Of a DNA stretch of 64,000 bases, positions 13,801 through 28,400 are shown piece after piece. The notes beneath the pieces were generated by a model. The model saw nothing but the letters and a program-made list of their open reading frames with translations, did no database searches and was not told the DNA's origin. Position 1 is the first letter of the stretch; each line of letters opens with the position of its first letter. The stretch lies in NCBI GenBank assembly GCA_964016885.1, contig OZ024762.1:30771187-30835186 (forward strand). The letters run 5' to 3'. The translations under genes were made by a program, and so were the position numbers. This DNA is from Eledone cirrhosa. Its lineage: Eukaryota.

Positions 13801-16157
13801 GTCAGAAGTCACTCCAATGTTGGTGAGAATTCATTTAAGTTCATGGTATTAGCTGTCAGAAGTAACTCCACTGTTGGTGAGAATTCATTTAAGTTCATGG
13901 TATTAGTTTGTCAGAAGTAACTCCACTGTTGGTGAGAATTCATTTAAGTCATGGTACTAGCTGTCAGAAGTAACTCCAATGTTGGTGAGAATTCATTTAA
14001 GTCATGGTATTAGTTGTCAGAAGTAACTCCAATGTTGGTGAGAATTCATTTAAGTTCATGGTACTAGCTGTCAGAAGTAACTCCATTGTTGGTGAGAATT
14101 CATTGAAGTTGATGGTACTAGCTGTCAGAAGTAACTCCACTGTTGGTGAGAATTCATTTAAGTTCATGGTATTAGTTTGTCAGAAGTAACTCCACTGTTG
14201 GTGAGAATTCATTTAAGTCATGGTATTAGTTGTCAGAAGTAACTCCAATGTTGGTGAGAATTCATTTAAGTTCATGGTATTAGCTGTCAGAAGGAACTCC
14301 ACTGTTGGTGAGAATTCATTTAAGTTCATGGTATTAGCTGTCAGAAGGAACTCCAATGTTGGTGAGAATTCATTTAAGTCATGGTACTAGCTGTCAGAAG
14401 TAACTCCACTGTTGGTGAGAATTCATTTAAGTTCATGGTATTAGCTGTCAGAAGTAACTCCACTGTTGGTGAGAATTCATTTAAGTTCATGGTACTAGCT
14501 GTCAGAAGTAACTCCAATGTTGGTGAGAATTCATTTAAGTTCATGGTATTAGCTGTCAGAAGCAACTCCACTGTTGGTGAGAATTCATTTAAGTTCATGG
14601 TATTAGCTGTCAGAAGTAACTCCACTGTTGTTGAGAATTCATTTAAGTCATGGTATTAGCTGACAGAAGTAACTCCATTGTTGGTGAGAATTCATTTAAG
14701 TCATGGTACTAGCTGTCAGAAGTAACTCCACTGTTGGTTAGAATTCATTTAAGTTCATGGTATTAGTTTGTCAGAAGTAACTCCACTGTTGGTGAGAATT
14801 CATTTAAGTCATGGTATTAGTTGTCAGAAGTAACTCCAATGTTGGTGAGAATTCATTTAAGTTCATGGTACTAGCTGTCAGAAGTAACTCCATTGTTGGT
14901 GAGAATTCATTGAAGTTCATGGTACTAGCTGTCAGAAGGAACTCCACTGTTGGTGAGAATTCATTTAAGTTCATGGTATTAGCTGTCAGAAGTAACTCCA
15001 CTGTTGGTGAGAATTCATTTAAGTTCATGGTACTAGCTGTCAGAAGTAACTCCAATGTTAGTGAGAATTCATTTAAGTTCATGGTATTAGCTGTCAGAAG
15101 TAACTCCACTGTTGGTGAGAATTCATTTAAGTTCATGGTATTAGCTGTCAGAAGTAACTCCACTGTTGGTGAGCATTCATTTATGTTCATGGTATTAGCT
15201 GTCAGAAGTAACTCCACTGTTGGTGAGAATTCATTTAAGTTCATGGTATTAGTTTGTCAGAAGTAACTCCACTGTTGGTGAGAATTCATTTAAGTCATGG
15301 TATTAGTTGTCAGAAGTAACTCCAATGTTGGTGAGAATTCATTTAAGTTCATGGTACTAGCTGTCAGAAGTAACTCCACTGTTGGTGTGAATTCATTTAA
15401 GTTCATGGTATTAGCTGTCAGAAGTAACTCCACTGTTGGTGAGAATTCATTTAAGTCATGGTATTAGCTGTCAGAAGTAACTCCATTGTTGGTGAGAATT
15501 CATTTAAGTCATGGTACTAGCTGTCAGAAGTAACTCCACTGTTGGTGAGAATTCATTTAAGTTCATGGTACTAGCTGCCAGAAGTAACTCCACTGTTGGT
15601 GAGAATTCATTTAAGTTCATGGTACTAGCTGTCAGAAGTAACTCCACTGTTTGTGAGAATTCATTTAAGTTCATGGTACTAGCTGTCATAAGTAACTCCA
15701 CTGTTGGTGAGAATTCATTTAAGTTCATGGTATTAGCTGTCAGAAGTCACTCCACTGTTGGTGAGAATTCATTTAAGTTCATGGTATTAGCTGTCAGAAG
15801 GAACTCCACTGTTGGTGAGAATTCATTTAAGTTCATGGTACTAGCTGTCAGAAGTAACCCCAATGTTGGTGAGAATTCATTTAAGTTCATGGTATTAGCT
15901 GACAGAAGTCACTCCAATGTTGGTGAGAATTCATTTAAGTTCATGGTATTAGCTGTCAGAAGTAACTCCACTGTTGGTGAGAATTCATTTAAGTTCATGG
16001 TATTAGCTGTCAGAAGTAACTCCACTGTTGGTGAGAATTCATTTAAGTTCATGGTATTAGCTGTCAGAAGTAACTCCACTGTTGGTGAGAATTCATTTAA
16101 GTTCATGGTATTAGCTGTCAGAAGGAACTCCAATGTTGGTGAGAAATCATTTAAGTC

Positions 16158-18467
16158 ATGGTACTAGCTGTCAGAAGTAACTCCACTGTTGGTGAGAATT
16201 CATTTAAGTTCATGGTATTAGCTGTCAGAAGGAACGCCACTGTTGGTGAGAATTCATTTAAGTTCATGGTATTAGCTGTCAGAAGTAACTCCACTGTTGG
16301 TGAGAATTCATTTAAGTTCATGGTACTAGCTGTCAGAAGTAACTCCAATGTTGGTGAGAATTCATTTAAGTTCATGGTATTAGCTGTCAGAAGGAACTCC
16401 ACTGTTGGTGAGTATTCATTTAAGTTCATGGTATTAGCTGTCAGAAGTAACTCCACTGTTGGTGAAAATTCATTTAAGTTCATGGTACTAGTTGTCAGAA
16501 GTAACTCCACTGTTGGTGAGAATTCATTTAAGTTCATGGTATTAGTTGTCAGAAGTAACTCCACTGTTGGTGAGAATTCATTAAGTCATGGAATTAGTTG
16601 TCAGAAGTAACTCCAATGTTGGTGAGAATTCATTTAAGTTCATGGTACTAGCTGTCATAAGTAACTCCACTGTTGGTGAGAATTCATTTAAGTTCATGGT
16701 ATTAGCTGTCAGAAGTAACTCCACTGTTGGTGATAATTCATTTAAGTCATGGTATTAGCTGTCAGAAGTAACTCCATTGTTGGTGAGAATTCATTTAAGT
16801 CATGGTACTAGCTGTCAGAAGTAACTCCACTGTTGGTGAGAATTCATTTAAGTTCATGGTATTAGCTGTCAGAAGGAACTCCACTGTTGGTGAGAATTCA
16901 TTTAAGTTCATGGTACTAGCTGTCAGAAGTAACTCCACTGTTGGTGAGAATTCATTTAAGTTCATGGTATTAGTTTGTCAGAAGTAACTCCACAGTTGGT
17001 GAGAATTCATTTAAGTCATGGTATTAGTTGTCAGAAGTAACTCCAATGTTGGTGAGAATTCATTTAAGTTCATGGTATTAGCTGTCAGAAGGAACTCCAA
17101 TGTTGGTGAGAAATCATTTAAGTCATGGTACTAGCTGTCAGAAGTAACTTCACTGTTGGTGAGAATTCATTTAAGTTCATGGTATTAGCTGTCAGAAGTA
17201 ACTCCACTGTTGGTGAGAATTCATTTAAGTTCATGGTACTAGCTGTCAGAAGTAACTCCAATGTTGGTGAGAATTCATTTAAGTTCATGGTATTAGCTGT
17301 CAGAAGGAACTCCACTGTTGGTGAGAATTCATTTAAGTTCATGGTATTAGCTGTCAGAAGTAACTCCACTGTTGGTGAAAATTCATTTAAGTTCATGGTA
17401 CTAGTTGTCAGAAGTAACTCCACTGTTGGTGAGAATTCATTTAAGTTCATGGTATTAGTTGTCAGAAGTAACTCCACTGTTGGTGAGAATTCATTAAGTC
17501 ATGGAATTAGTTGTCAGAAGTAACTCCAATGTTGGTGAGAATTCATTTAAGTTCATGGTACTAGCTGTCATAAGTAACTCCACTGTTGGTGAGAATTCAT
17601 TTAAGTTCATGGTATTAGCTGTCAGAAGTAACTCCACTGTTGGTGATAATTCATTTAAGTCATGGTATTAGCTGTCAGAAGTAACTCCATTGTTGGTGAG
17701 AATTCATTTAAGTCATGGTACTAGCTGTCAGAAGTAACTCCACTGTTGGTGAGAATTCATTTAAGTTCATGGTATTAGCTGTCAGAAGGAACTCCACTGT
17801 TGGTGAGAATTCATTTAAGTTCATGGTACTAGCTGTCAGAAGTAACTCCACTGTTGGTGAGAATTCATTTAAGTTCATGGTATTAGTTTGTCAGAAGTAA
17901 CTCCACAGTTGGTGAGAATTCATTTAAGTCATGGTATTAGTTGTCAGAAGTAACTCCAATGTTGGTGAGAATTCATTTAAGTTCATGGTATTAGCTGTCA
18001 GAAGGAACTCCAATGTTGGTGAGAAATCATTTAAGTCATGGTACTAGCTGTCAGAAGTAACTTCACTGTTGGTGAGAATTCATTTAAGTTCATGGTATTA
18101 GCTGTCAGAAGGAACGCCACTGTTGGTGAGAATTCATTTAAGTTCATGGTATTAGCTGTCAGAAGTAACTCCACTGTTGGTGAGAATTCATTTAAGTTCA
18201 TGGTACTAGCTGTCAGAAGTAACTCCAATGTTGGTGAGAATTCATTTAAGTTCATGGTATTAGCTGTCAGAAGGAACTCCACTGTTGGTGAGAATTCATT
18301 TAAGTTCATGGTATTAGCTGTCAGAAGTAACTCCACTGTTGGTGAAAATTCATTTAAGTTCATGGTACTAGTTGTCAGAAGTAACTCCACTGTTGGTGAG
18401 AATTCATTTAAGTTCATGGTATTAGTTGTCAGAAGTAACTCCACTGTTGCTGAGAATTCATTAAGTC
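16158..18467 (+). repeat. Sub-HOR of 18 monomers (967 bp) followed by a 17-monomer (913 bp) copy and a partial third
   Basis: Unit starts at 16158, 17125 and 18038 (spacings 967, 913). The middle copy lacks the AACGCC monomer. Confidence 0.85.
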
Positions 18468-21400
18468 ATGGTATTAGTTGTCAGAAGTAACTCCAATGTT
18501 GGTGAGAATTCATTTAAGTTCATGGTACTAGCTGTCAGAAGTAACCCCAATGTTGGTGAGAATTCATTTAAGTTCATGGTATTAGCTGTCAGAAGTCACT
18601 CCAATGTTGGTGAGAATTCATTTAAGTTCATGGTATTAGCTGTCAGAAGTAACTCCACTGTTGGTGAGAATTCATTTAAGTTCATGGTATTAGTTTGTCA
18701 GAAGTAACTCCACTGTTGGTGAGAATTCATTTAAGTCATGGTACTAGCTGTCAGAAGTAACTCCAATGTTGGTGAGAATTCATTTAAGTCATGGTATTAG
18801 TTGTCAGAAGTAACTCCAATGTTGGTGAGAATTCATTTAAGTTCATGGTACTAGCTGTCAGAAGTAACTCCATTGTTGGTGAGAATTCATTGAAGTTCAT
18901 GGTACTAGCTGTCAGAAGTAACTCCACTGTTGGTGAGAATTCATTTAAGTTCATGGTATTAGTTTGTCAGAAGTAACTCCACTGTTGGTGAGAATTCATT
19001 TAAGTCATGGTATTAGTTGTCAGAAGTAACTCCAATGTTGGTGAGAATTCATTTAAGTTCATGGTATTAGCTGTCAGAAGGAACTCCACTGTTGGTGAGA
19101 ATTCATTTAAGTTCATGGTATTAGCTGTCAGAAGGAACTCCAATGTTGGTGAGAATTCATTTAAGTCATGGTACTAGCTGTCAGAAGTAACTCCACTGTT
19201 GGTGAGAATTCATTTAAGTTCATGGTATTAGCTGTCAGAAGGAACGCCACTGTTGGTGAGAATTCATTTAAGTTCATGGTATTAGCTGTCAGAAGTAACT
19301 CCATTGTTGGTGAGAATTCATTTAAGTCATGGTACTAGCTGTCAGAAGTAACTCCACTGTTGGTTAGAATTCATTTAAGTTCATGGTATTAGTTTGTCAG
19401 AAGTAACTCCACTGTTGGTGAGAATTCATTTAAGTCATGGTATTAGTTGTCAGAAGTAACTCCAATGTTGGTGAGAATTCATTTAAGTTCATGGTACTAG
19501 CTGTCAGAAGTAACTCCATTGTTGGTGAGAATTCATTGAAGTTCATGGTACTAGCTGTCAGAAGGAACTCCACTGTTGGTGAGAATTCATTTAAGTTCAT
19601 GGTATTAGCTGTCAGAAGTAACTCCACTGTTGGTGAGAATTCATTTAAGTTCATGGTACTAGCTGTCAGAAGTAACTCCAATGTTAGTGAGAATTCATTT
19701 AAGTTCATGGTATTAGCTGTCAGAAGTAACTCCACTGTTGGTGAGAATTCATTTAAGTCATGGTATTAGCTGTCAGAAGTAACTCCAATGTTGGTGAGAA
19801 TTCATTGAAGTTCATGGTATTAGCTGTCAGAAGTAACTCCACTGTTGGTGAGAATTCATTTAAGTTCATGGTACTAGCTGTCAGAAGTAACTCCAATGTT
19901 AGTGAGAATTCATTTAAGTTCATGGTATTAGCTGTCAGAAGTAACTCCACTGTTGGTGAGAATTCATTTAAGTCATGGTATTAGCTGTCAGAAGTAACTC
20001 CAATGTTGGTGAGAATTCATTTAAGTTCATGGTATTAGCTGTCAGAAGTAACTCCACTCTTGGTGAGCATTCATTTATGTTCATGGTATTAGCTGTCAGA
20101 AGTCACTCCACTGTTGGTGAGAATTCATTTAAGTTCATGGTACTAGCTGTCAAAAGTAACCCCAATGTTGGTGAGAATTCATTTAAGTTCATGGTATTAG
20201 CTGTCAGAAGTCACTCCAATGTTGGTGAGAATTCATTTAAGTTCATGGTATTAGCTGTCAGAAGTAACTCCACTGTTGGTGAGAATTCATTTAAGTTCAT
20301 GGTATTAGTTTGTCAGAAGTAACTCCACTGTTGGTGAGAATTCATTTAAGTCATGGTACTAGCTGTCAGAAGTAACTCCAATGTTGGTGAGAATTCATTT
20401 AAGTCATGGTATTAGTTGTCAGAAGTAACTCCAATGTTGGTGAGAATTCATTTAAGTTCATGGTACTAGCTGTCAGAAGTAACTCCATTGTTGGTGAGAA
20501 TTCATTGAAGTTGATGGTACTAGCTGTCAGAAGTAACTCCACTGTTGGTGAGAATTCATTTAAGTTCATGGTATTAGTTTGTCAGAAGTAACTCCACTGT
20601 TGGTGAGAATTCATTTAAGTCATGGTATTAGTTGTCAGAAGTAACTCCAATGTTGGTGAGAATTCATTTAAGTTCATGGTATTAGCTGTCAGAAGGAACT
20701 CCACTGTTGGTGAGAATTCATTTAAGTTCATGGTATTAGCTGTCAGAAGGAACTCCAATGTTGGTGAGAATTCATTTAAGTCATGGTACTAGCTGTCAGA
20801 AGTAACTCCACTGTTGGTGAGAATTCATTTAAGTTCATGGTATTAGCTGTCAGAAGGAACGCCACTGTTGGTGAGAATTCATTTAAGTTCATGGTATTAG
20901 CTGTCAGAAGTAACTCCACTGTTGGTGAGAATTCATTTAAGTTCATGGTACTAGCTGTCAGAAGTAACTCCAATGTTGGTGAGAATTCATTTAAGTTCAT
21001 GGTATTAGCTGTCAGAAGCAACTCCACTGTTGGTGAGAATTCATTTAAGTTCATGGTATTAGCTGTCAGAAGTAACTCCACTGTTGTTGAGAATTCATTT
21101 AAGTCATGGTATTAGCTGACAGAAGTAACTCCATTGTTGGTGAGAATTCATTTAAGTCATGGTACTAGCTGTCAGAAGTAACTCCACTGTTGGTTAGAAT
21201 TCATTTAAGTTCATGGTATTAGTTTGTCAGAAGTAACTCCACTGTTGGTGAGAATTCATTTAAGTCATGGTATTAGCTGACAGAAGTAACTCCATTGTTG
21301 GTGAGAATTCATTTAAGTCATGGTACTAGCTGTCAGAAGTAACTCCACTGTTGGTTAGAATTCATTTAAGTTCATGGTATTAGTTTGTCAGAAGTAACTC

Positions 21401-24400
21401 CACTGTTGGTGAGAATTCATTTAAGTCATGGTATTAGTTGTCAGAAGTAACTCCAATGTTGGTGAGAATTCATTTAAGTTCATGGTACTAGCTGTCAGAA
21501 GTAACTCCATTGTTGGTGAGAATTCATTGAAGTTCATGGTACTAGCTGTCAGAAGGAACTCCACTGTTGGTGAGAATTCATTTAAGTTCATGGTATTAGC
21601 TGTCAGAAGTAACTCCACTGTTGGTGAGAATTCATTTAAGTTCATGGTACTAGCTGTCAGAAGTAACTCCAATGTTAGTGAGAATTCATTTAAGTTCATG
21701 GTATTAGCTGTCAGAAGTAACTCCACTGTTGGTGAGAATTCATTTAAGTTCATGGTATTAGCTGTCAGAAGTAACTCCACTGTTGGTGAGCATTCATTTA
21801 TGTTCATGGTATTAGCTGTCAGAAGTAACTCCACTGTTGGTGAGAATTCATTTAAGTCATGGTATTAGTTGTCAGAAGTAACTCCAATGTTGGTGAGAAT
21901 TCATTTAAGTTCATGGTACTAGCTGTCAGAAGTAACTCCACTGTTGGTGTGAATTCATTTAAGTTCATGGTATTAGCTGTCAGAAGTAACTCCACTGTTG
22001 GTGAGAATTCATTTAAGTCATGGTATTAACTGTCAGAAGTAACTCCATTGTTGGTGAGAATTCATTTAAGTCATGGTACTAGCTGTCAGAAGTAACTCCA
22101 CTGTTGGTGAGAATTCATTTAAGTTCATGGTACTAGCTGCCAGAAGTAACTCCACTGTTGGTGAGAATTCATTTAAGTTCATGGTACTAGCTGTCAGAAG
22201 TAACTCCACTGTTTGTGAGAATTCATTTAAGTTCATGGTACTAGCTGTCATAAGTAACTCCACTGTTGGTGAGAATTCATTTAAGTTCATGGTATTAGCT
22301 GTCAGAAGTCACTCCACTGTTGGTGAGAATTCATTTAAGTTCATGGTATTAGCTGTCAGAAGGAACTCCACTGTTGGTGAGAATTCATTTAAGTTCATGG
22401 TACTAGCTGTCAGAAGTAACCCCAATGTTGGTGAGAATTCATTTAAGTTCATGGTATTAGCTGACAGAAGTCACTCCAATGTTGGTGAGAATTCATTTAA
22501 GTTCATGGTATTAGCTGTCAGAAGTAACTCCACTGTTGGTGAGAATTCATTTAAGTTCATGGTATTAGCTGTCAGAAGTAACTCCACTGTTGGTGAGAAT
22601 TCATTTAAGTTCATGGTATTAGCTGTCAGAAGTAACTCCACTGTTGGTGAGAATTCATTTAAGTTCATGGTATTAGCTGTCAGAAGGAACTCCAATGTTG
22701 GTGAGAAATCATTTAAGTCATGGTACTAGCTGTCAGAAGTAACTCCACTGTTGGTGAGAATTCATTTAAGTTCATGGTATTAGCTGTCAGAAGGAACGCC
22801 ACTGTTGGTGAGAATTCATTTAAGTTCATGGTATTAGCTGTCAGAAGTAACTCCACTGTTGGTGAGAATACATTTAAGTTCATCGTACTAGCTGTCAGAA
22901 GTAACTCCAATGTTGGTGAGAATTCATTTAAGTTCATGGTATTAGCTGTCAGAAGGAACTCCACTGTTGGTGAGAATTCATTTAAGTTCATGGTATTAGC
23001 TGTCAGAAGTAACTCCACTGTTGGTGAAAATTCATTTAAGTTCATGGTACTAGTTGTCAGAAGTAACTCCACTGTTGGTGAGAATTCATTTAAGTTCATG
23101 GTATTAGTTGTCAGAAGTAACTCCACTGTTGGTGAGAATTCATTAAGTCATGGAATTAGTTGTCAGAAGTAACTCCAATGTTGGTGAGAATTCATTTAAG
23201 TTCATGGTACTAGCTGTCATAAGTAACTCCACTGTTGGTGAGAATTCATTTAAGTTCATGGTATTAGCTGTCAGAAGTAACTCCACTGTTGGTGATAATT
23301 CATTTAAGTCATGGTATTAGCTGTCAGAAGTAACTCCATTGTTGGTGAGAATTCATTTAAGTCATGGTACTAGCTGTCAGAAGTAACTCCACTGTTGGTG
23401 AGAATTCATTTAAGTTCATGGTATTAGCTGTCAGAAGGAACTCCACTGTTGGTGAGAATTCATTTAAGTTCATGGTACTAGCTGTCAGAAGTAACTCCAC
23501 TGTTGGTGAGAATTCATTTAAGTTCATGGTATTAGTTTGTCAGAAGTAACTCCACAGTTGGTGAGAATTCATTTAAGTCATGGTATTAGTTGTCAGAAGT
23601 AACTCCAATGTTGGTGAGAATTCATTTAAGTTCATGGTATTAGCTGTCAGAAGGAACTCCAATGTTGGTGAGAAATCATTTAAGTCATGGTACTAGCTGT
23701 CAGAAGTAACTTCACTGTTGGTGAGAATTCATTTAAGTTCATGGTATTAGCTGTCAGAAGGAACGCCACTGTTGGTGAGAATTCATTTAAGTTCATGGTA
23801 TTAGCTGTCAGAAGTAACTCCACTGTTGGTGAGAATTCATTTAAGTTCATGGTACTAGCTGTCAGAAGTAACTCCAATGTTGGTGAGAATTCATTTAAGT
23901 TCATGGTATTAGCTGTCAGAAGGAACTCCACTGTTGGTGAGAATTCATTTAAGTTCATGGTATTAGCTGTCAGAAGTAACTCCACTGTTGGTGAAAATTC
24001 ATTTAAGTTCATGGTACTAGTTGTCAGAAGTAACTCCACTGTTGGTGAGAATTCATTTAAGTTCATGGTATTAGTTGTCAGAAGTAACTCCACTGTTGCT
24101 GAGAATTCATTAAGTCATGGTATTAGTTGTCAGAAGTAACTCCAATGTTGGTGAGAATTCATTTAAGTTCATGGTACTAGCTGTCAGAAGTAACCCCAAT
24201 GTTGGTGAGAATTCATTTAAGTTCATGGTATTAGCTGTCAGAAGTCACTCCAATGTTGGTGAGAATTCATTTAAGTTCATGGTATTAGCTGTCAGAAGTA
24301 ACTCCACTGTTGGTGAGAATTCATTTAAGTTCATGGTATTAGTTTGTCAGAAGTAACTCCACTGTTGGTGAGAATTCATTTAAGTCATGGTACTAGCTGT

Positions 24401-25459
24401 CAGAAGTAACTCCAATGTTGGTGAGAATTCATTTAAGTCATGGTATTAGTTGTCAGAAGTAACTCCAATGTTGGTGAGAATTAATTTAAGTTCATGGTAC
24501 TAGCTGTCAGAAGTAACTCCATTGTTGGTGAGAATTCATTGAAGTTCATGGTACTAGCTGTCAGAAGTAACTCCACTGTTGGTGAGAATTCATTTAAGTT
24601 CATGGTATTAGTTTGTCAGAAGTAACTCCACTGTTGGTGAGAATTCATTTAAGTCATGGTATTAGTTGTCAGAAGTAACTCCAATGTTGGTGAGAATTCA
24701 TTTAAGTTCATGGTATTAGCTGTCAGAAGGAACTCCACTGTTGGTGAGAATTCATTTAAGTTCATGGTATTAGCTGTCAGAAGGAACTCCAATGTTGGTG
24801 AGAATTCATTTAAGTCATGGTACTAGCTGTCAGAAGTAACTCCACTGTTGGTGAGAATTCATTTAAGTTCATGGTATTAGCTGTCAGAAGGAACGCCACT
24901 GTTGGTGAGAATTCATTTAAGTTCATGGTATTAGCTGTCAGAAGTAACTCCATTGTTGGTGAGAATTCATTTAAGTCATGGTACTAGCTGTCAGAAGTAA
25001 CTCCACTGTTGGTTAGAATTCATTTAAGTTCATGGTATTAGTTTGTCAGAAGTAACTCCACTGTTGGTGAGAATTCATTTAAGTCATGGTATTAGTTGTC
25101 AGAAGTAACTCCAATGTTGGTGAGAATTCATTTAAGTTCATGGTACTAGCTGTCAGAAGTAACTCCATTGTTGGTGAGAATTCATTGAAGTTCATGGTAC
25201 TAGCTGTCAGAAGGAACTCCACTGTTGGTGAGAATTCATTTAAGTTCATGGTATTAGCTGTCAGAAGTAACTCCACTGTTGGTGAGAATTCATTTAAGTT
25301 CATGGTACTAGCTGTCAGAAGTAACTCCAATGTTAGTGAGAATTCATTTAAGTTCATGGTATTAGCTGTCAGAAGTAACTCCACTGTTGGTGAGAATTCA
25401 TTTAAGTCATGGTATTAGCTGTCAGAAGTAACTCCAATGTTGGTGAGAATTCATTGAAG

Positions 25460-28400
25460 TTCATGGTATTAGCTGTCAGAAGTAACTCCACTGTTGGTGA
25501 GAATTCATTTAAGTTCATGGTACTAGCTGTCAGAAGTAACTCCAATGTTAGTGAGAATTCATTTAAGTTCATGGTATTAGCTGTCAGAAGTAACTCCACT
25601 GTTGGTGAGAATTCATTTAAGTCATGGTATTAGCTGTCAGAAGTAACTCCAATGTTGGTGAGAATTCATTTAAGTTCATGGTATTAGCTGTCAGAAGTAA
25701 CTCCACTGTTGGTGAGCATTCATTTATGTTCATGGTACTAGCTGTCAGAAGTAACCCCAATGTTGGTGAGAATTCATTTAAGTTCATGGTATTAGCTGTC
25801 AGAAGTCACTCCAATGTTGGTGAGAATTCATTTAAGTTCATGGTATTAGCTGTCAGAAGTAACTCCACTGTTGGTGAGAATTCATTTAAGTTCATGGTAT
25901 TAGTTTGTCAGAAGTAACTCCACTGTTGGTGAGAATTCATTTAAGTCATGGTACTAGCTGTCAGAAGTAACTCCAATGTTGGTGAGAATTCATTTAAGTC
26001 ATGGTATTAGTTGTCAGAAGTAACTCCAATGTTGGTGAGAATTCATTTAAGTTCATGGTACTAGCTGTCAGAAGTAACTCCATTGTTGGTGAGAATTCAT
26101 TGAAGTTGATGGTACTAGCTGTCAGAAGTAACTCCACTGTTGGTGAGAATTCATTTAAGTTCATGGTATTAGTTTGTCAGAAGTAACTCCACTGTTGGTG
26201 AGAATTCATTTAAGTCATGGTATTAGTTGTCAGAAGTAACTCCAATGTTGGTGAGAATTCATTTAAGTTCATGGTATTAGCTGTCAGAAGGAACTCCACT
26301 GTTGGTGAGAATTCATTTAAGTTCATGGTATTAGCTGTCAGAAGGAACTCCAATGTTGGTGAGAATTCATTTAAGTCATGGTACTAGCTGTCAGAAGTAA
26401 CTCCACTGTTGGTGAGAATTCATTTAAGTTCATGGTATTAGCTGTCAGAAGGAACGCCACTGTTGGTGAGAATTCATTTAAGTTCATGGTATTAGCTGTC
26501 AGAAGTAACTCCACTGTTGGTGAGAATTCATTTAAGTTCATGGTACTAGCTGTCAGAAGTAACTCCAATGTTGGTGAGAATTCATTTAAGTTCATGGTAT
26601 TAGCTGTCAGAAGCAACTCCACTGTTGGTGAGAATTCATTTAAGTTCATGGTATTAGCTGTCAGAAGTAACTCCACTGTTGTTGAGAATTCATTTAAGTC
26701 ATGGTATTAGCTGACAGAAGTAACTCCATTGTTGGTGAGAATTCATTTAAGTCATGGTACTAGCTGTCAGAAGTAACTCCACTGTTGGTTAGAATTCATT
26801 TAAGTTCATGGTATTAGTTTGTCAGAAGTAACTCCACTGTTGGTGAGAATTCATTTAAGTCATGGTATTAGTTGTCAGAAGTAACTCCAATGTTGGTGAG
26901 AATTCATTTAAGTTCATGGTACTAGCTGTCAGAAGTAACTCCATTGTTGGTGAGAATTCATTGAAGTTCATGGTACTAGCTGTCAGAAGGAACTCCACTG
27001 TTGGTGAGAATTCATTTAAGTTCATGGTATTAGCTGTCAGAAGTAACTCCACTGTTGGTGAGAATTCATTTAAGTTCATGGTACTAGCTGTCAGAAGTAA
27101 CTCCAATGTTAGTGAGAATTCATTTAAGTTCATGGTATTAGCTGTCAGAAGTAACTCCACTGTTGGTGAGAATTCATTTAAGTTCATGGTATTAGCTGTC
27201 AGAAGTAACTCCACTGTTGGTGAGCATTCATTTATGTTCATGGTATTAGCTGTCAGAAGTAACTCCACTGTTGGTGAGAATTCATTTAAGTTCATGGTAT
27301 TAGTTTGTCAGAAGTAACTCCACTGTTGGTGAGAATTCATTTAAGTCATGGTATTAGTTGTCAGAAGTAACTCCAATGTTGGTGAGAATTCATTTAAGTT
27401 CATGGTACTAGCTGTCAGAAGTAACTCCACTGTTGGTGTGAATTCATTTAAGTTCATGGTATTAGCTGTCAGAAGTAACTCCACTGTTGGTGAGAATTCA
27501 TTTAAGTCATGGTATTAGCTGTCAGAAGTAACTCCATTGTTGGTGAGAATTCATTTAAGTCATTGTACTAGCTGTCAGAAGTAACTCCACTGTTGGTGAG
27601 AATTCATTTAAGTTCATGGTACTAGCTGCCAGAAGTAACTCCACTGTTGGTGAGAATTCATTTAAGTTCATGGTACTAGCTGTCAGAAGTAACTCCACTG
27701 TTTGTGAGAATTCATTTAAGTTCATGGTATTAGCTGTCAGAAGTCACTCCACTGTTGGTGAGAATTCATTTAAGTTCATGGTATTAGCTGTCAGAAGGAA
27801 CTCCACTGTTGGTGAGAATTCATTTAAGTTCATGGTACTAGCTGTCAGAAGTAACCCCAATGTTGGTGAGAATTCATTTAAGTTCATGGTATTAGCTGAC
27901 AGAAGTCACTCCAATGTTGGTGAGAATTCATTTAAGTTCATGGTATTAGCTGTCAGAAGTAACTCCACTGTTGGTGAGAATTCATTTAAGTTCATGGTAT
28001 TAGCTGTCAGAAGTAACTCCACTGTTGGTGAGAATTCATTTAAGTTCATGGTATTAGCTGTCAGAAGTAACTCCACTGTTGGTGAGAATTCATTTAAGTT
28101 CATGGTATTAGCTGTCAGAAGGAACTCCAATGTTGGTGAGAAATCATTTAAGTCATGGTACTAGCTGTCAGAAGTAACTCCACTGTTGGTGAGAATTCAT
28201 TTAAGTTCATGGTATTAGCTGTCAGAAGGAACGCCACTGTTGGTGAGAATTCATTTAAGTTCATGGTATTAGCTGTCAGAAGTAACTCCACTGTTGGTGA
28301 GAATTCATTTAAGTTCATGGTACTAGCTGTCAGAAGTAACTCCAATGTTGGTGAGAATTCATTTAAGTTCATGGTATTAGCTGTCAGAAGGAACTCCACT